The notes under the pieces were generated by a model. It was not told the origin of the DNA. It searched no databases and worked only from the letters and a program-made list of their open reading frames with translations. Below, one piece after another: positions 42,050-49,585 of a stretch of DNA of 64,000 nucleotides (positions are counted from its first letter, which is position 1; each line of letters starts with the position of its first letter). This DNA is from Escherichia coli 042 (GTDB taxonomy: Bacteria; Pseudomonadota; Gammaproteobacteria; Enterobacterales; Enterobacteriaceae). The stretch lies in the NCBI RefSeq assembly GCF_000027125.1, contig NC_017626.1. One strand, 5' to 3'. A program made the position numbers and the translations under genes.

Positions 42050-42115
42050 TCATAAATAGCGAAAACCCGCGAGGTCGCCGCCCCGTAACGGGCCATAATT
42101 CCAGGAAGGACCCGT
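42050..42115 (-). other. Lambda-type cos site copy 2, inverted relative to copy 1 (cosN complement at 42072-42083), 88 bp upstream of terS
   Basis: Reverse complement reads ...gttacgGGGCGGCGACCTcgcgggttttcgctatttatga; 63/65 identity to copy 1. Confidence 0.7.
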
Positions 42116-42137
42116 AAAAAAGCCGGATTTCTCCGGC
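42115..42137 (-). terminator. Rho-independent terminator ending capsid operon
   Basis: Minus strand GCCGGAgaaaTCCGGC followed by T-tract. Confidence 0.6.
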
Positions 42138-42143
42138 CTTGTC

Positions 42144-42557
42144 TCAGATGTTTTTCAGTATGCGATCGATGTCGCCGTCATCGCCCTGGTTTCTGCCATC
42201 GTATGCCATGCCAGCTGATACGGCTTGCGGGCTGTGCATGTCCATAAAGTTTTCAAAGGCTGCGGTAAGTTCCGGCGCAACCTTCGGACGTTCCTGCTCT
42301 ATGGTCATGCTAAGGATGCTTTTAGCCGTACCAACATCGATACAAGGCACGTTTGCCATTGCACGCAACAGCGGCTGATAGTCTTTATGCTCATGAAGCG
42401 CCATAATCGCATCAGCGCGCGGCTTGTCCTGCTCTTCCAGTTTGTTTAGTTGATGTACGGCCTCATAGGTTGATAAACCTCTGTCAGCCATTGCCCGCGC
42501 TTCGACTTTAAATTTACTCGCCAGCGGTAGCGTCATGATGCTTTCATTCGTTGCCAT
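42144..42557 (-). CDS. Hypothetical island protein (137 aa), last gene of capsid operon
   Basis: ORF co-directional and tightly spaced after D-like gene. Confidence 0.45.
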   Translation of the reverse strand: MATNESIMTLPLASKFKVEARAMADRGLSTYEAVHQLNKLEEQDKPRADAIMALHEHKDYQPLLRAMANVPCIDVGTAKSILSMTIEQERPKVAPELTAAFENFMDMHSPQAVSAGMAYDGRNQGDDGDIDRILKNI

Positions 42558-42569
42558 CGTTCCCCCTGC

Positions 42570-42905
42570 TTATCGGGCCAGCGGCTGAACGGATACGCCG
42601 GAACCCGCAAAGGCGGCGCATTTTTTCGCATCGGTGTCGACGCTCTCAGGCCAGTTAACGGCGGCAATATTGAATATCCCCGTCTTGTAACACTGTGCTG
42701 ATTTCTGCTTTGACGTGTCCACAGGGTACGAGGTCAGATAAACAGCCTTGCCAGATTCCTGACCATCCCACGGCTTAAACTCGCCATTGTCTGCCAGCAT
42801 CAGCGGGGTAAATTCCTGAATAACGCCAGCATCAGCGGCAAAATGTACCAACGTCGTGGATACCTGCTGACTGCCTGCAAATAACTCAATGTATGGAGTG
42901 TCCAT
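42570..42905 (-). CDS. Head decoration protein, lambda gpD homolog (111 aa)
   Basis: TPLMLADNGEFKPWDG...YKTGIFNIAAVNWPESVDTDAKKCAAFAGSGVSV parallels lambda D TPLMLDTSSRKLVAWDG...[35 protein letters not shown]. Confidence 0.8.
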   Translation of the reverse strand: MDTPYIELFAGSQQVSTTLVHFAADAGVIQEFTPLMLADNGEFKPWDGQESGKAVYLTSYPVDTSKQKSAQCYKTGIFNIAAVNWPESVDTDAKKCAAFAGSGVSVQPLAR

Positions 42906-42917
42906 AGAATCCCCCCG

Positions 42918-43973
42918 TTAACCAATTTTGACGGTAACAAATTTGCGAATATCTGCCGGTACCGGCTGCGGTGCACTGTGTGTCTGCACGTACTCAATCG
43001 CCGGATCGCCGTCCTCAATCCAGTTTTTCGGGTAAAACATGTTTTGTGTTGCGCCCGTTCTTACCGCTTCCTGATCCATTATCGCACCATAGGCCACCAG
43101 CCCTTTATTGTTGGTGTTACCCAGGACCAGCAAATCAGGCTCAAGGAAATATTTTTCGGTACCATCGCTGTCAGTGTATTTGCCGGAATAGACGATAAGG
43201 GCCAGATCACCAAGATAGCCTTTAAAGCTCACCACTTCGCCCAGGTTTTTACAGGCCAGTTCGGCGGCGGATTCTGAACCACGGGAAAGATCGTACAGCT
43301 CACGGAATTTTTTAAAGCTGCGTAATGTGCGCCATACCTCAGCGCCCATAATCATGACGTTTGCGGGGCAACCAGCCTGATCAGCATAAAGCTCGATGTC
43401 ATAGATTGGGTCGTGCATGTCTTTATCCTGCTCGGACCATTTTTTACCCTTGGCCTGCTCTATGATGCAGTTTTCCGGTATTTTCCAGTCGATTTCATAG
43501 CGTTCTATGCCTTCGCCCTCAATGATGTTTTTTCCGGTCGTTACCGCATTCACCGCCAGCCATTCCACGCGTGCCTTAATGGCGTTTATCTGGCGGCGCA
43601 TGTTGCCAGTAATCAGGCGCATACGGCGATAGGTAGGGTCGTTAAGCTGTGCCGGATCTTCTCCAGCCATGCGCATGATGGTTTTCGTTGGATCGATTTC
43701 GTGCTTTGGCTTCATGTAGCCAGGTTTGATTGTGCTGGTTTCGTACCCTTTATCGCGCTGAACCTGGCTACCCACCATAGGCGAACAAAACGCCGACATG
43801 GTGACTTCTTCAATGTCCAGGGTATCCAGCATGATGTTTTGCGTGCTGAATGTCGCCACGTTCGGGAAAAACAGCGTGGTAAACAGAGGGCTGAATTTAA
43901 AATCCGCAATATCCCCGCGATTCAGGTACATGAAAAGCTGGTTAGTGTTAAGTGCCGTTGCTTTGCCTGCCAT
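42918..43973 (-). CDS. Major capsid protein, lambda gpE homolog (351 aa)
   Basis: KPGYMKPKHEIDP, DPTYRRMRLITGNMR, VSFKGYLGDLALIVYSGKY, YPKNWIEDGDPA align along recalled lambda E. Confidence 0.85.
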   Translation of the reverse strand: MAGKATALNTNQLFMYLNRGDIADFKFSPLFTTLFFPNVATFSTQNIMLDTLDIEEVTMSAFCSPMVGSQVQRDKGYETSTIKPGYMKPKHEIDPTKTIMRMAGEDPAQLNDPTYRRMRLITGNMRRQINAIKARVEWLAVNAVTTGKNIIEGEGIERYEIDWKIPENCIIEQAKGKKWSEQDKDMHDPIYDIELYADQAGCPANVMIMGAEVWRTLRSFKKFRELYDLSRGSESAAELACKNLGEVVSFKGYLGDLALIVYSGKYTDSDGTEKYFLEPDLLVLGNTNNKGLVAYGAIMDQEAVRTGATQNMFYPKNWIEDGDPAIEYVQTHSAPQPVPADIRKFVTVKIG

Positions 43974-44179
43974 TATTCACCCCCATAATTTTTATGCATC
44001 CCAAGCGCCGCAAGTAAATAAGAGCGTACAAGTGAACCTATCGACGGCTCCGGCGTCATCAGCGGATCCAGTCCAGCCGCAACGCCAGCTTCATAGTTTT
44101 TTTTGTGGCGCTGCTTGAGCACCTCCACGATTTCGGGGCTTATGTACACCGAAACACCGCCTTTTTTCTCTTCAGCCAT
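43973..44179 (-). CDS. Small protein upstream of capsid gene, possible ribbon-helix-helix fold (68 aa)
   Basis: MAEEKKGGVSVYISPEIVEVLKQRHKK; GAGGA SD; stop overlaps capsid start. Confidence 0.35.
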   Translation of the reverse strand: MAEEKKGGVSVYISPEIVEVLKQRHKKNYEAGVAAGLDPLMTPEPSIGSLVRSYLLAALGMHKNYGGE

Positions 44180-44208
44180 AGTAAGAAATTCCTCTTCGAC
44201 TAAAAAAA

Positions 44209-44236
44209 TCATAACTGGATGTTTATCCAGTTATGA
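44209..44236. promoter_or_regulatory. Perfect 12-bp inverted repeat TCATAACTGGAT-gttt-ATCCAGTTATGA in capsid-operon promoter region
   Basis: Seen directly; 30 bp upstream of operon start; second palindrome ATTGCATtttATGCAAT at 44248-44264. Confidence 0.5.
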
Positions 44237-44388
44237 TTATAATCAGAATTGCATTTTATGCAATGATATTGAGTTATGTTGCAAATTATGAAATGATTAT
44301 CCCGATCACGAACGCCAGTGCATCCAAAAACCTCATATGCAAAAGCCCGATAAGAACCCTCTGACCTTATCGGGCTTTTTTTGGGCGC

Positions 44389-44410
44389 AAAAAAGCCGGA
44401 TTGCTCCGGC
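44389..44410 (-). terminator. Rho-independent terminator after 74-aa gene
   Basis: Same GCCGGA-loop-TCCGGC module plus T-tract; preceded by second hairpin 44345-44382. Confidence 0.55.
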
Positions 44411-44430
44411 TATGTGTGCTGTGTGCTGGC

Positions 44431-44655
44431 TCAGTCTCTGATCTCTTTCAGAAATTCTATCAATGCATCTATCTGTTCAGGATTTACCGCCAGCATTTCA
44501 CCGGATAGAGCACATCTCACAAAACCATGCTGATCCTTTTCAATCAGTGCGCCCGTCTCCAGGAATGCGCGGTAATCATTGATGCTCATCGTCTCCATGT
44601 TGTCAGCATGGTATTTATCACGCTGTTTTAATATCTCATCAAATTTCATCGGCAT
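44431..44655 (-). CDS. Hypothetical island protein (74 aa)
   Basis: ORF bracketed by terminators. Confidence 0.4.
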   Translation of the reverse strand: MPMKFDEILKQRDKYHADNMETMSINDYRAFLETGALIEKDQHGFVRCALSGEMLAVNPEQIDALIEFLKEIRD

Positions 44656-44751
44656 TGTTTTTTTCCTCTGTTGTGTCTGTTTGTTTCAGATAGTAACTAT
44701 GCCTGACCGTGACGAAAACCCGGTAATGCGCCATACCGTTTCAACTGGTGC

Positions 44752-44774
44752 AAAAAAAGCCGGATTTCTCCGGC
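44752..44774 (-). terminator. Rho-independent terminator after PerC-like gene
   Basis: GCCGGAgaaaTCCGGC plus T7 on minus strand. Confidence 0.6.
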
Positions 44775-44781
44775 TGTTTGA

Positions 44782-45054
44782 TTAGCTGTCCTGGTAATTG
44801 CGCCATATTTCATCACCAGCACCATCTATACCCATTTCGGCATAAGTGCGATCGACTGCCTTTTTCAGGTCTCCGAAATTATCCGGCGGCTCCGGTGCCC
44901 TCTGTGCCTTCCTTGAACATTCCAGCCGTCGCATCGTGATGTGATGCCGTTCCTTGTCTGTCTCCACCAGCTGCATGACTTCACCCCATCGCGCCGCCGC
45001 CCTCCGGTAAAAGCCTTTCGCCTCCAGTTCCTCCGCTATGCGGTCATGTACCAT
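44782..45054 (-). CDS. PerC/Pch-family transcriptional regulator (90 aa)
   Basis: AEELEAKGFYRRAAARWGEVM resembles recalled Pch/PerC signature (…LEAQGLWRRAAARW…); GAGGGGG SD before ATG. Confidence 0.55.
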   Translation of the reverse strand: MVHDRIAEELEAKGFYRRAAARWGEVMQLVETDKERHHITMRRLECSRKAQRAPEPPDNFGDLKKAVDRTYAEMGIDGAGDEIWRNYQDS

Positions 45055-45064
45055 CGTCACCCCC

Positions 45065-45475
45065 TCAGAACGAAATATCATCACCGTAAGGGTCATCGCC
45101 TCCCGCTGGTGGCTGATTACCCTGTGTGCCTGTGGTTTTGCGTCTGTTCCCGCCTGGACGTGCCGCGCGGGCACTGATTACGCTGTCTGCGATAACCTGC
45201 CAGCCCTGCCGCGTTTCTCCGTTCTGTCCGGTCCACTGGCTTACCTGCATCGTGCCGGATACGCTGGCAACATCGCCTTTTTGATGTTTAGCCAGGAAGT
45301 CGGCCTGTTTGCCAAATGCGATGACCGATAACCATAACGTCGCCTGTCCGTCCTGTGCCTGGCTGCATGGCAAAGATACCGCCATACGCGCCAGCGTCAT
45401 CGGTGTGCCCTTGCTGGTCTGTTTTACCTGCGGGTCGTCCACCAGCCGCCCGTAAGCGGCTATCTGTGCCGTCAT
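45065..45475 (-). CDS. ssb: Single-stranded DNA-binding protein (SSB)
   Basis: OB-fold region and Gly/Pro-rich tail ending DDPYGDDISF (cf. E. coli SSB C-terminal DDDIPF). Confidence 0.8.
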   Translation of the reverse strand: MTAQIAAYGRLVDDPQVKQTSKGTPMTLARMAVSLPCSQAQDGQATLWLSVIAFGKQADFLAKHQKGDVASVSGTMQVSQWTGQNGETRQGWQVIADSVISARAARPGGNRRKTTGTQGNQPPAGGDDPYGDDISF

Positions 45476-45723
45476 AATTCCACCTCTCCGGTTTTAACGT
45501 TGATGGTTGTTACCTGTTCCGCTTCGGCAATCTCCCGTTCTGTCAGCGTGGCAAAGTTTGCCGCCGCCGTGGTCATGAATGCGCTTATCAGGTCGGGATG
45601 TTCCTTCGCGTATCCTTCCCGCGTGTGGCGGTCTATCGTTCTGATTGCCACCTTTAAGGTGTGCTCAGTCATGTCTAACGCTTTATATTTTGGCTCTGTT
45701 CTGTCTCTGCGTTTTTGGGTCAT
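45472..45723 (-). CDS. Hypothetical small protein between ori and ssb
   Basis: ORF; start uncertain (45723 or 45672). Confidence 0.3.
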   Translation of the reverse strand: MTQKRRDRTEPKYKALDMTEHTLKVAIRTIDRHTREGYAKEHPDLISAFMTTAAANFATLTEREIAEAEQVTTINVKTGEVEL

Positions 45724-45734
45724 TTCTCGCAACC

Positions 45735-45926
45735 TCTCACTTTTTCGCCTCACTTTTTCAAGCGTCTCACTTCGTCGCAGTTGGGATTTTCGGTTTTTCT
45801 ATGTGTGTGTTTCATAAGTATTTTTTTACCCCTCACTTTTGAGGATGTATACAGGTCGAAAAGTGAGGGAGAGCGGGCTAATTTTGGCCCTCTTTCTATC
45901 CCCCTCGCTTTTGCTCCTCACTTTTA
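45735..45926. repeat. Iteron array (CTCACTTTT, at least 6 copies, both orientations) with AT-rich spacer: putative island replication origin
   Basis: Copies at 45735, 45748, 45766, 45832, 45858 (inverted), 45916; directly 3' of pri-rep gene. Confidence 0.55.
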
Positions 45927-47324
45927 TAGCGGCGCTACATCATCCCCATCGATACGAATAACCCCATCTTTTTCCAGCTTGTACAGCCAGCGCCGGAAGT
46001 TTTTCATTTCATACCCCAGCTTTTTCATGTCATCACGTAACAGCGGGATCGTGCACTTGTCGCCGTTCTGTGTGCGTGAACGGATGCACCCCCATAGCGC
46101 GGTATGGTTTTCCGTCTTGTTCCCTGCCTCCTCGATGCGCTCCAGTTCAACAGGAGGGCGCGGATCATCCACCACCACCAGCGACGTGATTAATTCACCG
46201 TCAGCGTCGGTAAAAAGCTCCACCACGCGTAAGTCATATGCGGCTTCTTTGAGTTCCTCCGCGTCCTTCATTTTGGTGCATGAGATAACCAGCGCTTCGC
46301 TTCCTGCGTCCTCCCTGCGTATCCGGTATTCAGCATCCAGCGAAGCACGAAATGCACTGGAACCGCGCGCGCCTTTCGTCTCATCCTTGCCGGAATGGTG
46401 AACCACCAGCACCGTGGCCCCTGTGCGTCGTTTCAGTTCGTCACAACCACGGATAAACGCCCCCATATCACGGGAATCATTTTCATCATTCCCACCAAAG
46501 CAACGCGCCAGCGTATCCAGAATAATCATGCGTACAGGTTTACCCGTTTCCCGCTCCACCTGACGGGCAGCGATAACCATTTCATCAACATCAAGCGGGG
46601 CAGCCGGAAAGATGGGGCGGTTTACCAGATACAGATTTTTCACCTGCTCATCGTGCACAACCTCCCAGGCTTTTACACGACGCGGAACACCTATACCGCC
46701 TTCACCAACCACATAGAGAACCGCACCATGTGCAACCCTGCGGCCTCCCCACTGGCGACCAGTGGCAACATGGCACGCCCACGATCCAGCAAGGAATGAT
46801 TTATAGGACCCGCTAGCCCCGTATATGCTGCATAGCGATACCGCCGGAATAATCCCCTTAACCACGTAATCCAGTTGCGTGTCGTATCCGGTAGATCCAA
46901 CGCTCATCGGTAGCGTGGTTTTTCGCTGGTGTTTTTTTTCTTCCGCCGGCTCTTTCCCGCGCACCCGTTCCAGGTATTCGCGCCAGTTCTCCCGCATATG
47001 GCTGTGCATCCCTTCGGGGTAATAATTCGCATCAGTTACACCCGCCGCCGCCAGCTTGTGCGCAATGGCATTAATATTTGATGGCCTGATGTGGCCTGCC
47101 TTGTACAGCCGGACACAATAGCGCCCCTCGTCGATGATTCTCAGGTCTGCCAGTTCATCCAGTTGATCATCAGCCAGCACAACGGGAGGCACATTATCGC
47201 CAGCCAGTCGCCCGTCCTGTTCCTGCCACTGTTTCGCATGTGCCCAGGCATCACTACCCGCAAAAATAATGACTTCGGTCATCTTGTCGTAAGGCTGTTT
47301 TTTTAAGTTCGGTGCGCTTTTCAT
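45924..47324 (-). CDS. Primase/replicase-type AAA ATPase (RepA/AAA_25-like, 466 aa)
   Basis: Walker A GASGSYKS, Walker B MIILDTLARCFGG, VVHHSGKDETKGARGSSAF sensor region. Confidence 0.8.
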   Translation of the reverse strand: MKSAPNLKKQPYDKMTEVIIFAGSDAWAHAKQWQEQDGRLAGDNVPPVVLADDQLDELADLRIIDEGRYCVRLYKAGHIRPSNINAIAHKLAAAGVTDANYYPEGMHSHMRENWREYLERVRGKEPAEEKKHQRKTTLPMSVGSTGYDTQLDYVVKGIIPAVSLCSIYGASGSYKSFLAGSWACHVATGRQWGGRRVAHGAVLYVVGEGGIGVPRRVKAWEVVHDEQVKNLYLVNRPIFPAAPLDVDEMVIAARQVERETGKPVRMIILDTLARCFGGNDENDSRDMGAFIRGCDELKRRTGATVLVVHHSGKDETKGARGSSAFRASLDAEYRIRREDAGSEALVISCTKMKDAEELKEAAYDLRVVELFTDADGELITSLVVVDDPRPPVELERIEEAGNKTENHTALWGCIRSRTQNGDKCTIPLLRDDMKKLGYEMKNFRRWLYKLEKDGVIRIDGDDVAPL

Positions 47325-47620
47325 TTCTTGCCCCTGAATCCGTTAACCATGGTTTTCAGCTTCTGGATGTTTGCCCGTGCCCTGGCGTTGCTGGTGGGCA
47401 CGTTATGCGGCGCGGTCTGTACCAGAGAAAAATCACGCCGGAACTGATAAACAGGCATCACGCAATCATATTCGTAACCTTCACGGCGGTAGGTTACGCG
47501 CCGTTCTTCCACGTCCTTAATCATTACCGTGCCGCCGTACTGGTCGCGGTAAATATCACCGCGCGTAAATTTAGGGTGAGTGTTGCCACTGGCAGTTAAG
47601 CCAGAATATTTAAGTTTCAT
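47321..47620 (-). CDS. Hypothetical island protein (99 aa)
   Basis: ORF in tight operon; stop overlaps pri-rep start. Confidence 0.45.
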   Translation of the reverse strand: MKLKYSGLTASGNTHPKFTRGDIYRDQYGGTVMIKDVEERRVTYRREGYEYDCVMPVYQFRRDFSLVQTAPHNVPTSNARARANIQKLKTMVNGFRGKK

Positions 47621-47625
47621 TATTT

Positions 47626-47859
47626 TTATTCTCCGGTGTGCTGTTCTTTATATCTGTCGTGCAATAGATCTATTTCTTGCAGTTCCATTATTACAGGCTC
47701 AAGAAGCGTTATTAATGCTGTGGCAATTCTTGATTTTTGTTTGTCGCGTTCATTGTCGCCAAGTGTTTCAAGCCATATGCGCAATATTTCCATCATGTTT
47801 TCACTGTGAGAAAGTGCAAGAAATGCGCGGTCTATTGTTTGGTGGTAAATATCACGCAT
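47626..47859 (-). CDS. Hypothetical island protein (77 aa)
   Basis: ORF in operon. Confidence 0.4.
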   Translation of the reverse strand: MRDIYHQTIDRAFLALSHSENMMEILRIWLETLGDNERDKQKSRIATALITLLEPVIMELQEIDLLHDRYKEQHTGE

Positions 47860-48319
47860 GGCTTACATCCTCAGGAAATTTTCTTCTATAACGCGCCTCT
47901 GCCACATATTCCGCATAATCGGCGGCGATATTCAGTACATCAAGCCCCGTTGATTTATATTCTCTCGTGGAAAGTAAGAAAAAAGCCGCTCTAATAAGTT
48001 CTGGCATTGACGAAAGCGCATCAGCCGCATCATCAGGAACGCCGGAAAATTCCTGTTTCAGGGAATTAAAACGATCATCACGCATAACCCCCCCCCCATT
48101 TTCACAATCAGCAATCAGGATAGCTTTGGCCTCATTCAGCGCCGTATCAGCACTAAATTGCATGACAGCCAGTGAGTGAGGAACGAAAGCACCGGCATAT
48201 TCTGTTTCGCTGGTGGCGTGCTTATGTGCCCTGTCCGCGATAACAGAAATATCAATCAGCGCGTGCATCAGCGTTTTGATGGCTTCGGCGGCTGCGTCCG
48301 GTGTGGTTTTATTGTGCAT
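47852..48319 (-). CDS. Hypothetical island protein (155 aa)
   Basis: ORF in operon. Confidence 0.45.
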   Translation of the reverse strand: MHNKTTPDAAAEAIKTLMHALIDISVIADRAHKHATSETEYAGAFVPHSLAVMQFSADTALNEAKAILIADCENGGGVMRDDRFNSLKQEFSGVPDDAADALSSMPELIRAAFFLLSTREYKSTGLDVLNIAADYAEYVAEARYRRKFPEDVSHA

Positions 48320-48521
48320 AAAGCATCCCCTGAATATTCGTGTTAATCATTCCGGCACGTTTTGTGATTTCCTGTAATGATTCCCTTGTGGCGACAATTG
48401 CTTCATCTGGTAAGTGGTAATTACACACCACGCGACCTTTATCCACATTGACCAGTAGCTGCCCTGTGAATTTCTCACGAAACTGAATGCGGTTAAGGTC
48501 AGTAAGTGACAGATTAATCAT
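48309..48521 (-). CDS. Hypothetical island protein (70 aa)
   Basis: AGGAGG immediately upstream of ATG at 48521. Confidence 0.45.
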   Translation of the reverse strand: MINLSLTDLNRIQFREKFTGQLLVNVDKGRVVCNYHLPDEAIVATRESLQEITKRAGMINTNIQGMLYAQ

Positions 48522-48711
48522 GGCGCACCTCCTGACGAATACGGGCGGCAAATACAGCAACACAACCGGACGGGCAACGGTTACGCGCTTCGCGTTCCGT
48601 CCAGGCGGTTACGTGGATGATTTGAGATTCTCCGGCACTCAGTGCCAGAAAACGCCACACAAAGGCCGTTTGTGTGTGTACAAGGTGTGGTATATGATTT
48701 ACAGCAACCAT
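48514..48711 (-). CDS. Hypothetical island protein (65 aa), first gene of leftward operon
   Basis: AGGAG SD upstream of ATG at 48711. Confidence 0.4.
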   Translation of the reverse strand: MVAVNHIPHLVHTQTAFVWRFLALSAGESQIIHVTAWTEREARNRCPSGCVAVFAARIRQEVRHD

Positions 48712-48804
48712 AACGGCTCCTAGTTTACGTTGTTGGTTAGAAGCCCTGCGAGTGGTAACGACACTTGCGGGGCTTTGTCTTTTCATCGATTACCTTGATA
48801 AAGG

Positions 48805-48884
48805 TGTCAGCCACTATATTAGTAACGGGTGTCAGCCACGTCAATAGTGTTTTTCCGTTTTCTTGTGTGTATACTGTCAGCCAC
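48805..48884. promoter_or_regulatory. Three direct repeats TGTCAGCCAC in divergent promoter region, with TATACT -10-like element
   Basis: Repeats at 48805-48814, 48830-48839, 48875-48884. Confidence 0.5.
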
Positions 48885-48905
48885 CTAATAACGAGGAAAT
48901 CAGAT

Positions 48906-49085
48906 ATGGCAACAAAAGCAGTTAATGCAAAATCCAAAAAGCTTGAGGCTCGAGTACCACACGCAATAGCTGATGCTGTAGAAAATTTAAAGGAAGATGG
49001 CGAAAGTACAGGGCAATTTATCGTTTCGGCACTTGAAGGCGAGATCAAACGCCGCCAGCGCCGCAAGGCCAAAGAATCAGAATAA
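48906..49085 (+). CDS. Ribbon-helix-helix (CopG/Arc-like) putative repressor (59 aa)
   Basis: KKLEARVPHAIADAVENLKEDGESTGQFIVSALEGEIKR fits beta-strand/helix/helix RHH pattern; divergent from main operon. Confidence 0.5.
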   Translation: MATKAVNAKSKKLEARVPHAIADAVENLKEDGESTGQFIVSALEGEIKRRQRRKAKESE

Positions 49086-49127
49086 TCACTATCAGCGCCG
49101 TGGTGTGAGGTATTACGGCGCATTGCT

Positions 49128-49316
49128 ATGCAGGACAACACAATGACCGATAAAGAATTGACCAAAACATTATCACCGGCACGGAAAAGACGGCGCAGAA
49201 AGATAGAGCATGAATCAGAAAGATTCGCACCATGTGCTTTTGCCCTTGAGCAATTCCTTAAAGAGTACAGGGAAAAGCGCTCATTGCAGGTATGGCAACG
49301 AACTGAACCAGACTGA
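49128..49316 (+). CDS. Hypothetical small basic protein (62 aa or shorter from MTDKEL)
   Basis: ORF followed by hairpin plus T7 at ~49410-49440. Confidence 0.3.
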   Translation: MQDNTMTDKELTKTLSPARKRRRRKIEHESERFAPCAFALEQFLKEYREKRSLQVWQRTEPD

Positions 49317-49585
49317 TTGCATTGCCCACCAGCCTGATAGCGGCTATCATCCCCGTGCTTATGTTTGGGATCACACACACAAACGGCGCAGCGGGTTATC
49401 TGTTCAGAAAGGCGGCTCCATTTCGGGGCCGCTTTTTTTATACCTGAAAAACCCCAATTTTGTTGTTTTTCAGTTTCACCAGGGCGAACGAATCCCCGCC
49501 CACGTTCTGGCGTATATTCAATCTTCATGGTTATAGCTCTGTGTTCAGATGATTGATGTGTGGCGGCTGCGTGCCGCCAGCGTGA

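Noticed and set aside
43413-43988. 191-aa plus-strand ORF opposite the capsid gene
   Set aside because: Antisense to a strongly supported E-like capsid gene; no motif or RBS.
45735-45926. Short repeats as a possible CRISPR array
   Set aside because: Repeat unit is only ~9 bp, in both orientations, with irregular spacing and no cas genes. Consistent with iterons, not CRISPR.
48737-49528. 263-aa minus-strand ORF spanning the RHH gene, the 62-aa gene and the operator repeats
   Set aside because: Translation is Ser/Cys/Arg-rich and low-complexity, has no RBS, and is antisense to better-supported small genes and regulatory repeats. Judged a spurious long frame.
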